Source: Octopus vulgaris
Taxonomy: Eukaryota
Direction of reading: 5' to 3'
Length of the DNA stretch: 64,000 bases
NCBI GenBank assembly: GCA_951406725.2
Contig: OX597821.1
Location: 76,260,001-76,324,000 of the forward strand
Shown here: in pieces, positions 26,850 to 38,371 of the stretch
Layout of the letters: each line of letters begins with the position of its first letter
Position numbering within the stretch: the stretch's first letter is position 1
Made by a program: the position numbers and the translations under genes
Notes under the pieces: generated by a model
Database searches by the model: none
What the model saw: the letters and a program-made list of their open reading frames with translations, nothing else
What the model was told of the DNA's origin: nothing

Positions 26850-27900
26850 CCGAAAAGGAAGCAAAGTTTCAAAGGTTTGTACAGATTTCATAACCTGTGG
26901 AGAACTGCGCGCACTATTCCGCTCAAAACACCACAAGGGAGATTTCTGATAAGAACCAATGTGTCATTCCTTGAGAAAGCGTTTCCTGTATACTGGAAAG
27001 GAATTTGTAGGACCCTTACCATGGCCCAAAGAAGGACTGCCATTAAGCCAAGGTAAGTGACCCAACTCATATTTGTTTCACCTTTTCTTCTTCCTCCACC
27101 TGACGTGACACTGCTAAGTGTGAGAGATGTAGATGCTCAGAGACTGGAGTTTGGTGTGCATGTAGGGGCACCTGCACAAACAGGTCCACTACGTCTAAAT
27201 GTTGTTGGCATCGGCGAAACCAGGAATTTCGAGACTCATTCGCTTCTCTTCTGGATGACTCGGCCTGAAATAAATGGCGTGATAATGCTTTTTGGAAAAG
27301 GACTAGATTCAGAAGCAAGACAGTTTACCAAGACCCGGACGGTAAATCAGCTGTCTTGTGCAAGGAAGGCATCGATAGCGCCTTCAGATTGGAATCGTTG
27401 ACGACCGGATAGAAGATTGGTAGCTGAACTTCACACTTGTAGAAATCTTGCAATCATAATCAAAGCTCATTAGTGCTCGTGAGCAATTAGAATGGAATTC
27501 AGGCTGCACACAACAATAATTTATGGGTAAGCAGTAGGTGAGATTGTTAAAAAACCCGGAAGCCTTCCTGGATATTTTCAGTTGTCTGTGAGATTGGATT
27601 TCTTTAATGCGCTAATGTATTGGACAAATAACATGACGTCCAGGCTGCGCTTTGATGACTGAAAGATGAACGCTTTCTTCTCAACGTGGAAAGATTTCGT
27701 CTGAGTCGGGATGTGGCGATGCTTCTATATTGCATCCTTCTTATCAGGAAAGACAAGATCAAAAATGTTGAGAAGCATAGATTAAAACCCATGATTCTGC
27801 TAAACACAGACGTTGAAAACTTCGGTAAATACGCTTGCCAAGATGTAGGCACTCGTTGATGGTAGTGCGTTAGAGACGCACAAACTTGTTAGATGTCCAA
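26850..27900 (+). mobile_element. Decayed L1/Tx1-like LINE
   Basis: Endonuclease-like VVGIGETR in ORF 27057-27401; KPMILLNTD at ~27785 resembles the RPITLLNTD motif. Confidence 0.6.
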
Positions 27901-29629
27901 CAGATTTATTTATCACAAAATACTCCGCATATGACACATTGTAGAGCTAACTGCGAACTGATCTGACTTTGGCGGTACGGTGATAAGTTCGGACCATCCC
28001 TAGACTTACGACAAAATCGAATATTGTTATATAACAACTGGCTGCCCTAAGTGCAACTGTCTCTGATCCTGTCTTCAGAGAATAGTTTGGTATAATCGGA
28101 CCGTCTAGCACCGCGCGTGTGAGAAGTAAGACCTTCAGATTTATGTCCTTCAGCATCAGTATCGTTGCTATTGTTACAACAATTGACACTTTAGAGATGG
28201 CTGCTACCAAGTGAAAGATTTTAGGTTAACATTGCAAAACAACGAAACACACAAATTATACAGTATTCCCGTGGTTTATATCTGAGAACGGCAACTCTCT
28301 AGACTACTGTGTCATTTGAACCGTTGATCACCTTTATGCCATTTCTGGTAATTTACAGTAACCAACAGGAAAATGTAAACTAAAGTAGTTGGATCAGTTA
28401 TCACTGGACTTCTAATCAAAGATATTCCAGCCATGACCATCCTGTATATTTTGCAGCCTTTGTGTATCTAAGTCTGCATTATTCAATGAATTGTTATGTT
28501 TCTATGAGAAAGGTTGGGTATGAGTTGAAAGTTATTTGGTTGTTATTCCTAGCAAAACAAGCGACCAAATAGATAAAAGATCGATGCTCATAAAGCTCGG
28601 AGTCAATCCTGATCGATTAGAACTATGATTAAAGACATTCAACTTGTGACCATCCCATCATTTTATGAGTTTTCTTTCTTTATTTAAGATGTTGAGGTTG
28701 CGATTCGAAGAAACAGGTTGTTGTTTCATGTCACCATAATGTTTTGCAATGTTTTGGATATTAAGCTTTTGATAGATTTTCCTTGCTAAATCTATTTCAA
28801 CAGGTTTCAGAAACTGTTCTCACTATCGTACCAAATACTATCGATTCCTATTCCTCATGTAATCAGATAAGATGTAGTCCACGATCTGACGAAAAGAGAA
28901 CTTTTAATCGGCCGGTTGCTATTTGCATGCTGTAAATCACTGACGATAAATTCGCCATGGTGACAGCAATAATAGTGACAAGTCGTGTGCCATATGCGCA
29001 AAAGACTTCTGATTCCTACGATACTGTAACATTTGTTATAGATTTCTTTTATAAAGTTGTTTGCAGTTAAAACAATAAACCAGCTTACTAATTCTAATCT
29101 AACTTTTATAAAATTATGTAGAATCGTGCCTTCATATGTGTGGGTTCACGCGAGCGGGAGTATGTGTGTATATGTAAGTGTGTACTCTCATTAGGTAGAT
29201 TATTTAACATTATTGATTTCCAATTTCCAATTTCATTTAAATAAAATTTTTAATTTATTGGAAATATCTTGGGAAATTTCGTATTGATTTGCAGAAATGC
29301 TGGTTGTTCATTCTTCATGTTGCCTCTACTAAATGAGTCATCCATCTGCACGTTGTAACCCAGAATTTAATGACGCTTCCTCCAGCTTTCAATGTAGGTT
29401 ATAACTTGGAGGTGAAACGCCTCAACATAATTTATGACCCTGTTGAACGCCATCAACTGGTTTTTGCATGCCTCCTTTCAGAGACTCCACTCTGCTACAA
29501 ACATTCAGACCAACATTTCAATCTGAGGACATCTTTCTTTCTATTAACCAGACACAGAGGAACCACAAAAGTCACAGACATTGTTCTTCTTTCTTCTCTG
29601 AGGAAGCCACATAAGTATCCTGTGTATAA

Positions 29630-29662
<33 letters not shown>

Positions 29663-29665
<3 letters not shown>

Positions 29666-29791
29666 CTCGTGTTCCTTTTTGAAGAGCGTAGGCTCGAAAC
29701 GTAAAAGACTTTCTCACCTTCCCGAGCGTTAAACTAATAAACCTGTTTGTAGCTTATACCCGTCTTCGTCTTTTGTTTTGCTGTAAATTTC

Positions 29792-29795
<4 letters not shown>
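29663..29795 (+). mobile_element. Microsatellite-embedded mini-element with HHR motif (U3 core) at 29675-29707
   Basis: cttt-TTGAAGA-gcgtaggctc-GAAA-CG-TA-aaag; second copy at ~36058-36170. Confidence 0.6.
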
Positions 29796-29844
<49 letters not shown>

Positions 29845-30196
29845 TATAAACGGGAATCATGATAGGGCTCACAAGGCTATCTTCCCTTAAGACATCTGTT
29901 TTTCTTAGAAAAGAAAAATACCAGTGGATGTACTGAGGATTGACGCAATCAGCTATATGTACCTCTGTGACAGTGTATCAACCAGCTGTATATACCCTGG
30001 TATCAATATAGCTGATTGTAAGACATGAAGCTGGTAGAATTGGTAGCATGCCAGGCAAAATTGCCTAGCAGCATTTTGTCCGTCTTTACATTCTAAGTTT
30101 AAATTCCACTGAAGAATTTAAACTTACTCCCTACTCCTAAATTGCTGGCCTTGTTGATAAACACGATATGTTTTATTTGTTACTTTTGATACTATT

Positions 30197-30256
30197 AGTT
30201 TCATGTGCTGAGAGCACACCAGACAGTATTTTGGCATGCTCTCAGCACATGAAACT
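30197..30256. repeat. 60-nt hairpin with a perfect 20-bp stem
   Basis: agtttcatgtgctgagagca ... tgctctcagcacatgaaact. Confidence 0.9.
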
Positions 30257-30360
30257 TATTGTGGCATATAAAAACATATATTGTGTATTTATTAAAAATA
30301 TTTATTTCTCACCAGATGGAATACTTTTTTGCTGGTCTTAACATCACGGAACACTACACC

Positions 30361-30437
<77 letters not shown>

Positions 30438-30558
30438 TGTGTGTGTGTGTGTGTGTATGTATGCATGTATGCATGTATGTATATTGATAATAAGGGGAAT
30501 GAAGATTTGAACATTCATACTTTATGCTTATTTCCAATTAGTTTATTCATAATAATTG

Positions 30559-30646
30559 CCCGACACGTGTTTCGATCGCATTAACCTCATGTTGTTACAT
30601 GTTTATAAGTAGCGATTTATGCATTATCAGTACGATCTCTTCAGGG
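30559..30646 (-). ncRNA. Minimal type I HHR motif, intact core, GUC site
   Basis: cc-CTGAAGA-GATCG...CGATC-GAAA-CACGTG-TC-gg; stem I only 2 bp. Confidence 0.8.
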
Positions 30647-31989
30647 TATATAAGTATGACATTATTCGAAGAGGAATTTTTCCTCCGTACTTAGTTTAAA
30701 TTGGGCTTTGTAGCAGTAGCAGTAGATCATGACATTCAGCGATGCGCTGTTTTTCTCAACTGATTGTTTGAGTAAAACTCAGCAACAGCAGCAGTGCTTC
30801 TTGAAGTTGGTAAATTTCCTTGGCCAGTTGGGGAGTGATTATTTATAGAATACTTTTCTGTTGATTGATTTTACATATTTTATAGTTACATCAGCTGGTA
30901 GCTAAAAGAAGTTTACCGAAAAATGCTCTATCTGAAGGAACCAGCCTTGGATTTAACACAGAGAAATTCGGTATCTCCTAAACTTTATATACCTCCTCTT
31001 ACCATATATATATATATATATATATTACACTGTACCAAGAACTTTTTATTATTATTCTACCATATATACATATACACACACACACACGCTCGCTTGGTAC
31101 CATTTATATAAATGTATACTCCACTGAATGCATCGTAGTGGGTCTTTGTGAGATATTTTTTACCCAAGTGCTCAAAAATGTCCATATAAATTAGGAATTG
31201 TTTCAAGCTACGACATTAAATGAAAGAATTTTTAAAATAATTAACTTTTTTACATATAAAAAAAGTATGACCAATCTTATCGAAAGTTCTGTTGAGACTT
31301 TCGGTGTAGAGTGGGTGGGAGGCATAGATATTCCCGGAATTCCATTTTCTCCGAAGCCAAGATATTTAATTCTTAAATTCTTCAGTCTGTTCATCAATGC
31401 AGAGTTCAACAAGTTCAGGATTCACTTCTCCAAGATGATGGGTTTTATAAACGAAATCGCCAGTGATATGACAGTTATCCAGCATGTTTAAGTCGCCATC
31501 GATGTTGAAATGGAGATTTAAAGAGACCAACATCTAACATCTACTCTTCCAAGCCACTGAAAAAAACCTCATATAAGCGGTCATCTGGTCTGCGAAAGTA
31601 TAAACCAAATCTTTCTCAAATCTTTCTGTACCGTCTTAATTGGATATTACAGTCTCATTTTAAAAATTAAAACGGTGATATTGTCAAAACCAGATTGCTT
31701 TCTGTCATAGGTCATCCGCAACAGAGATGAACGGGGAGCTACGTAGCAACAAAAACAACACTGACAGTCCTGTTTAGGGTTGGTCTTTATTTTTGCTTAC
31801 CCTCCCACACACACACAAACACACAGAGTCATTTATTCTGTCTTTCTACTAATTTTAACTCCTAATTTTCCCCTAAGATATTCTAATTAAATTTTGACTA
31901 TAGAAAGTATTCGTTTTAAAATTATTTAAAGCAGTCCTAGTAGAGAACAGGGAGAATTTTAAGAGTTCTGGACTAAATAACTAATATTA

Positions 31990-32410
31990 TTATTTTACGG
32001 GGCTCTGAAACAACTACTCAAGAACATTTTTACAACTAGCAACTTGGATAACCTCAATTGCTTGAAAGTTTTTTACTTCACCGTATTACAAATAGGTTTA
32101 TCTAGGTTTATCAACATTTTGCGTTCAAATTTCACTTGGATTAGCATTACATGCTAAAGCTTTTAAATAAAATCTTGTATGAACCTTTGTCAATTTAATA
32201 AATTATGTTATACTCCTATTAAATACTCGCTTTCTACCAATATAACAATCAATAAGATTGTCCTTTTACGAAACTTTAGTTTCATCTTTAAATGGAAGGA
32301 TATCCCATTTGTAATACGGTGAAGTAAAAAACTTTCAAGCAATTGGGGTTATCCAAGTTGCTAGTTGTAAAAATGTTCTTGAGTAGTTGTTTCAGAGCCC
32401 CGTAAAATAA
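31990..32410. repeat. ~108-bp inverted repeat with ~205-bp spacer (fold-back or MITE-like)
   Basis: 31990-32097 vs 32303-32410 are near-perfect reverse complements; no HHR core seen. Confidence 0.85.
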
Positions 32411-33189
32411 CAAACAAGAGGGGTGTTGATAATGTATCCTTCTGTGGATGTTTAAAAACAAACCTATAAAAGAAAAAACAAGTAACAGGGTTAACTCCAG
32501 TAGAATCCTTTTGCAGAAATATTTGGAGAAAATAAACAATGCATATTACAATGGATTTAGACTTTAAAGCCAAATGTGAAAGCAAAGACGTGTTTAGATC
32601 TAATTGGGCCTTTTAAATGATGAATATTTTATACGGTTGGTAAATTTAAGATAAATAACATTAATATAGAACAATTTATGTGGAAATTCAGGAATTGAAG
32701 AGGAAACGGATATGAATATCTCCAAAATGACTGGAAGTGCAAAGGATTATTGTACGTCCAAAATACAGCAGGAACTCATATAAGTAATATAGTGGGTTGT
32801 AAAACCTGGATTAACGGAGATGATATCATATCTGGGCCTGGATTAGTTTGATTTCTAATCGTCATTAGGTATCTTATGCTTATCTGTATACATGACTACT
32901 GGCCAAAATTTCCTACTTTCCTTGGTGATAAGAATAATACAGATGACTCTGTATATAGAAGCGCGTGTGTATGAGGGTGTTGTTTATTGAGGTTGATCCA
33001 ATGGCCTGTTACCGTGTTGTTTCCCGATATGCAAAAAGATTAGTGAATCAGTGTGTTCTTGTTTGAGGAACTGGCAACACGTCACAGGAATACCATTGGA
33101 TCATCCCAAATCAACTATTCTATTTTACTGCGGCACTGAGTATCTTTTCTCCGGTTTGTTTAAATCATATATACATATACATAAATGTA

Positions 33190-33591
33190 TTTCTTTATTG
33201 CCCACAGGGAGCTAAACACAGAGGGGGACAAACAAAGGGATTGAGTCGATTACATCGACCCCAGTGTGTAACTGGTACTTATTAAATCGACCCCGAAAGG
33301 ATGAAAGGCAAAGTCGACCTCGGCAGAATTTGAACTTAGAACGTAACGGCAGACGAAATACCAATTTCTTTACTACCCACAAGGGGCTAAACACAGAGAG
33401 GACAAACAAGGACAGACAAACGTATTAAGTCAATTACATAAACCCCAGTGCGTAACTGATACTTATTTAATCGACCCCGAAAGGATGAAAGGCAAAGTCG
33501 ACCTCGGCGGAAATTGAACTCAGAACGTAACGGCAGGCGAAATGCTAAGCATTTCGCCCGGCGTGCTAACGTTACTGCTTGCTCGCCGCCT
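33190..33591 (-). mobile_element. SINE family B tandem dimer
   Basis: Two cgaccccgaaaggatgaaaggcaaagtcgacctcggc units joined at ~33360. Confidence 0.85.
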
Positions 33592-33602
33592 TAAATATAT
33601 GT

Positions 33603-33654
<52 letters not shown>

Positions 33655-33829
33655 TGTGTGTTTGTGTGTGTGTGTGTATGTGTGTATGTATGTGCGTGTA
33701 TGTGTAAAAGACGCGACCATGTAAAACATCCAGAACTTTATCCAACAGAGTGAATATTTTTTTTAAAGATGAAGGATCAACCAAATAAAAAACAATCCAT
33801 TTGGTATACAGTGTTTTATACCTCAAGTT

Positions 33830-34340
33830 CTTTTACTTGCTTCAGCCATTTGGACTGAAGCCATGCTGGAGCACCGCCTTTAGTCGAACAAATCGACCCC
33901 AGGACTTATTCTTTGTAGGCCTAGTACCTATTCTATCGGTCTTTTTTACCGAACCGCTAGGTTAGGGGGACGTAAACACACCAACATTGGTTGTCAAACG
34001 ATGATGGAGAGACAAACAGACACAAATACATATATACATATATAAGTAAATAAATGGAGTTGAACGCAGGTATTATTCCAAAGGAATAATATTCCTTTGG
34101 AATAAAACCAATGTTGTCTTCGAAACATATGTCGAAAGTAAAAGAATTTGAATAATACCTGCGTTCAACTCCATTTATTTACTTATACTATACACATTAC
34201 TGCACATTAACCCAGAGTTTCTACCTTTGAATAGGTCGCTACCTCCTTGTTACTTGCGTGAATTTTGCTACCCTGGTAAATGTTTTTTGAATTTTCCGTG
34301 TTAACTGTAAACAAAGAATAATTCATTCATCCATTTACAT

Positions 34341-34417
<77 letters not shown>

Positions 34418-34587
34418 CATATATATGACGGGCGTCTTTCAGTTTCCATCTACCAAAGCCACTCAACTTTGGTCAACTCGAAGCTATGGAAGAAGATACT
34501 TACCCAAGGTGCCACGCAATGGGACTGAACCCGGAACCATGTGGTTGGGAAGCAAGCTTCTTACCACACAGCCACTCCTGCGCCTAT
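33830..34587 (-). mobile_element. SINE family A interrupted at its internal microsatellite by an HHR mini-element
   Basis: 3' half at 33830-34030, 5' tRNA-like half at 34425-34587, insert at 34041-34338. Confidence 0.85.
34041..34338 (+). mobile_element. Fold-back mini-element retaining the 3' half of an HHR
   Basis: 34041-34078 inverted vs 34150-34187; GAAA-CATATG-TC at 34122-34133; tail shared with the 17017 element. Confidence 0.8.
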
Positions 34588-35695
34588 AAGTTATGAGTTC
34601 AAATTTAACTCGATTGACTTTGCTAAAAAACAAATAATATTGATATATTTGGGTCGATGAAGTGGATTATGGTCATTTTTCTTTGCATAAAGAGAAGTCT
34701 GTGTATAAAAGCAACAAGCATAGAATGGAGTCAGAATTAGCATTAGACATTATTGTTGAACACTATCTCCAGTGTATAATCTTTAACCAAGTCAACTCAG
34801 AAACGACAGTTCACAGAAAAATCTAAATTTCTGTCACATTCTCAATTTAATCCCTCTGATAATCTAATGATTATGATTATCATTATTGCATTTCAGAATG
34901 GTGTGTGTTGTATCGGAGACTATTATTACGTTCTTTTAACGCAATCACTTCAATAAAAACTTTTGGACTAATCTGTATGTGTGTTTATGTATATGTGGCG
35001 ATATGTGTATGTGAGTGCGTGTGTGGGTGCGTGCGTTGCATACATGATATCTGTCTATCTGTCTGTATGTATGTACAGATGTATGTGTGTGTGTGTGTAT
35101 GGGAAAAAGTAGCAAATAATTCATGGGCAAGAATTAACAAGGACGTATTTGTATAAAGCCATAAATAAGAAAATGAAGTCGGAGTGATGAGAGGAGAGAA
35201 TTTGAATTAAGGAGGAAAGGAGTGGAAGAGATGAAGAGTTGCAGGACAAAAAGCAAAATGCATGTTTTACAATACCTGAGGAAGGGTTTACATAAAGAGA
35301 GGAAGTTAGTGGCGGGGATTAAAGAATTCTTTAAAAAGGAAAAAAAATCAGAAACAGTATAAAACTGCATGGAAAGTAAAGGGGCAAATAGTATCTGCAT
35401 TAATTCTTCATAAATCTGCTGACTGATAGAAGAGTTTCGATAAATTATGCTTCAAGACGTGTAGCTGTCACTTGAAATGGAGACATAAGAATAACGTGGT
35501 ATAATTGACGAGAAATGGTGCTTCCTCTAGAAAGGCGTTCAGCGGACTGAATTGTGGGATACGGCGTTGCTTTGCACTCGGTCGAATGTGATAAAACATG
35601 GAAATGTCAACGTATGTGTCTACTAAAGGCAAGAATTAGCTATTGACACGGAAGAAAGCTGTCGGAACGAAATACGAAATAAGTGCAGACCATGG

Positions 35696-35739
<44 letters not shown>

Positions 35740-35909
35740 CTTTCATTTTATTTGCCACAAGGATTCATTCGTTCACACCACCACGAGCTACAGAAAAATA
35801 GAAAACGTGTGAGGATGTGGATACATAATCAAATAAAAACGACGCTTGAACACAAAAGCATTATAATATATCTTAAGACGCATTACAAAGGCTAAGTGAA
35901 ATACATGCA

Positions 35910-35972
<63 letters not shown>

Positions 35973-36024
35973 CACCATGATTAACCTCTAAATCCACAAG
36001 TATTTTCTATTCTCTCTCTTTTTA

Positions 36025-36057
<33 letters not shown>

Positions 36058-36058
<1 letters not shown>

Positions 36059-36170
36059 TTCCTCGTGTTGCTTTCTGTTGAAGAGCGTGGGCTCGAAATG
36101 TAAAAGACTTTCTCACCTTCCCGAGCGTCAAATTATTACACCTGTTTGCTGTTTATATACGTGTCTTCGT
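36058..36170 (+). mobile_element. Second copy of the 29663 mini-element with HHR-like motif
   Basis: TTGAAGA-gcgtgggctc-GAAA-TG-TA-aaag at 36078-36106. Confidence 0.6.
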
Positions 36171-36199
36171 GTATATATATATATATACACACACACACA

Positions 36200-36352
<153 letters not shown>

Positions 36353-36411
36353 CGCGTGCGTGTGTGTAAATAGGTATATAGATATATGAATATAAATGAG
36401 TAACAAAGATA

Positions 36412-36494
36412 TATTAAGGCCATTTCGCGCAACACCTTTAATTGATCAATGAATGCATTGCATCATTACAAATTAAACCGTTCTCATCAGATGA
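36412..36494 (-). ncRNA. HHR motif next to (TA)n/(TG)n
   Basis: CTGATGA-g...(long stem II tttaatt/aattaaa)...c-GAAA-TGGCC-TT; stem I weak. Confidence 0.55.
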
Positions 36495-37704
36495 CCGCAT
36501 AGACCTCAAGCATAAAGGACAAGTTAGATATTTAAACATATTCATATCATCAATAGAGAGCAAATATTTACAATGATTCCGCTGCTATTTTTTTTAGATA
36601 TATGAATATAAAAGAATCTCATTCACACGTTCTGAGGAAACTGAATTAGAATTTCTCCTTTGTACTCTGGGCATTTCACGTGTGTTCCTTGTTAATTTGT
36701 TGGTTTGGTTTTATCTAACCCTTCTCTTTCTCAGCCAGCTCATCCCTTTCTCCATCCACCCATCTCCCAGCATCATCGTTCAACTAGTTCCGATGATCCA
36801 TCAGCTCTTCTTTGGTGATTCGAATGAACTGCGAATGAATTCATATCTTCCTTGTAGACATTTACCATGATCTGCCAATCTTCTGCTGCTCCTCATTTTT
36901 GCAAAGGATGTCGTATACTATTAAGGCCAGAACTCAGCTTCTTAGTAATAGCTCCCGACTGAAAATAAAGCGATTTTTTTCCACTATGTTCCAAGCTGCG
37001 ACTAATAATACGTCGCTGATGTTGTTGTTATTTGTGGCCTTCGGTGATCAACAGAACTGACTTACCAACAGAGACACCACCTAGTCACGTGGTATTTCAT
37101 GTCATCTCCATGCTCACCATCTGCTCATACTGTGTTGCAGAAGTGCGATCAAAACAAGAGTCAAATCCCTAACAATGTCAGTAATTGTAACCCTTGTACT
37201 TCGTTTACTTATTTATTGAAACCCCAACCCTATGGGCAAATATGAATAGAATCAACCTCTCTTGTCACTTCACCTCGTCCTTGATCTTAAAGACCAGGTA
37301 TATGCTTCCATTCACACCGCCTCAGTTGATAGCATACACATTATTCTACATATCGGCCTTATTGTAAGCATATAGATGACCGCTCATTTTTAAAGGAAAA
37401 CTAGAGGTATATTAATGTCTTCATTTTCCCTTCCCAAAAGCATTCTGTTCATAAAGAGACAAGAAACATGTTTGAACCAAATTTCTGCATAGTCATTCCT
37501 GCAAAAGAAACAGAAAATGGTGCTGGCCGTTACTGTGAATGTCTTGAAAAGAGTATTACCAATTTAAATAACTTGCAATGACATCTACTGTGTTGTTTAT
37601 GCCCTTACGATGACAACAGTTGATTGATCAATGCGTGTATTACCAAATTTTGCCTCAAGTATCAGGATGACACACAACAAGATATAACAAAGATAAAAAT
37701 ACAA

Positions 37705-37764
<60 letters not shown>

Positions 37765-37768
<4 letters not shown>

Positions 37769-38310
37769 GCCCTGGTGCTGTATCAGACAGTGGCTCTCAT
37801 GGCTTCTGATCTTAACTGATTGGAAGTGTTATCATGTACATTGTTTTGTCTTGGTATAAAAGATGGGCAACAGCAAATATTCTGCTCAATACCACAGATT
37901 TGCTTGTCAGTTGTTTGACCTTAACCAGTTGAGCATGTCCCTTAGTGGCTGACAATATGTGCATCTCTGATCATGAGCAGAAGTAGTGGGTGAGCATCAT
38001 AGCCATGTGCTGAGTGCGATTCTTTGGGGTTTGAATAATTCACCTCTGGAAAGATGGGTGGTTCGTTCAAAATCATTAACTAACCCTTATTCGGGGACCT
38101 TTTGAGCGGGATGGGTTACTCGACAAGAAGAAAATTCTAACTGGGCTCCACCTGCTGTTTATCTTGATATGAGATCGCTATGTCGCGCACATATGGTTGT
38201 GATGCATGTGCTTAGTGTACCTTTATCAGACGGGTAGTCGTGATGGGTATGCTGGGCTTCGTATATTTTACCCCAGTGTCACTTTGATGGCACGCACTGC
38301 TCTCTCACTC

Positions 38311-38371
<61 letters not shown>

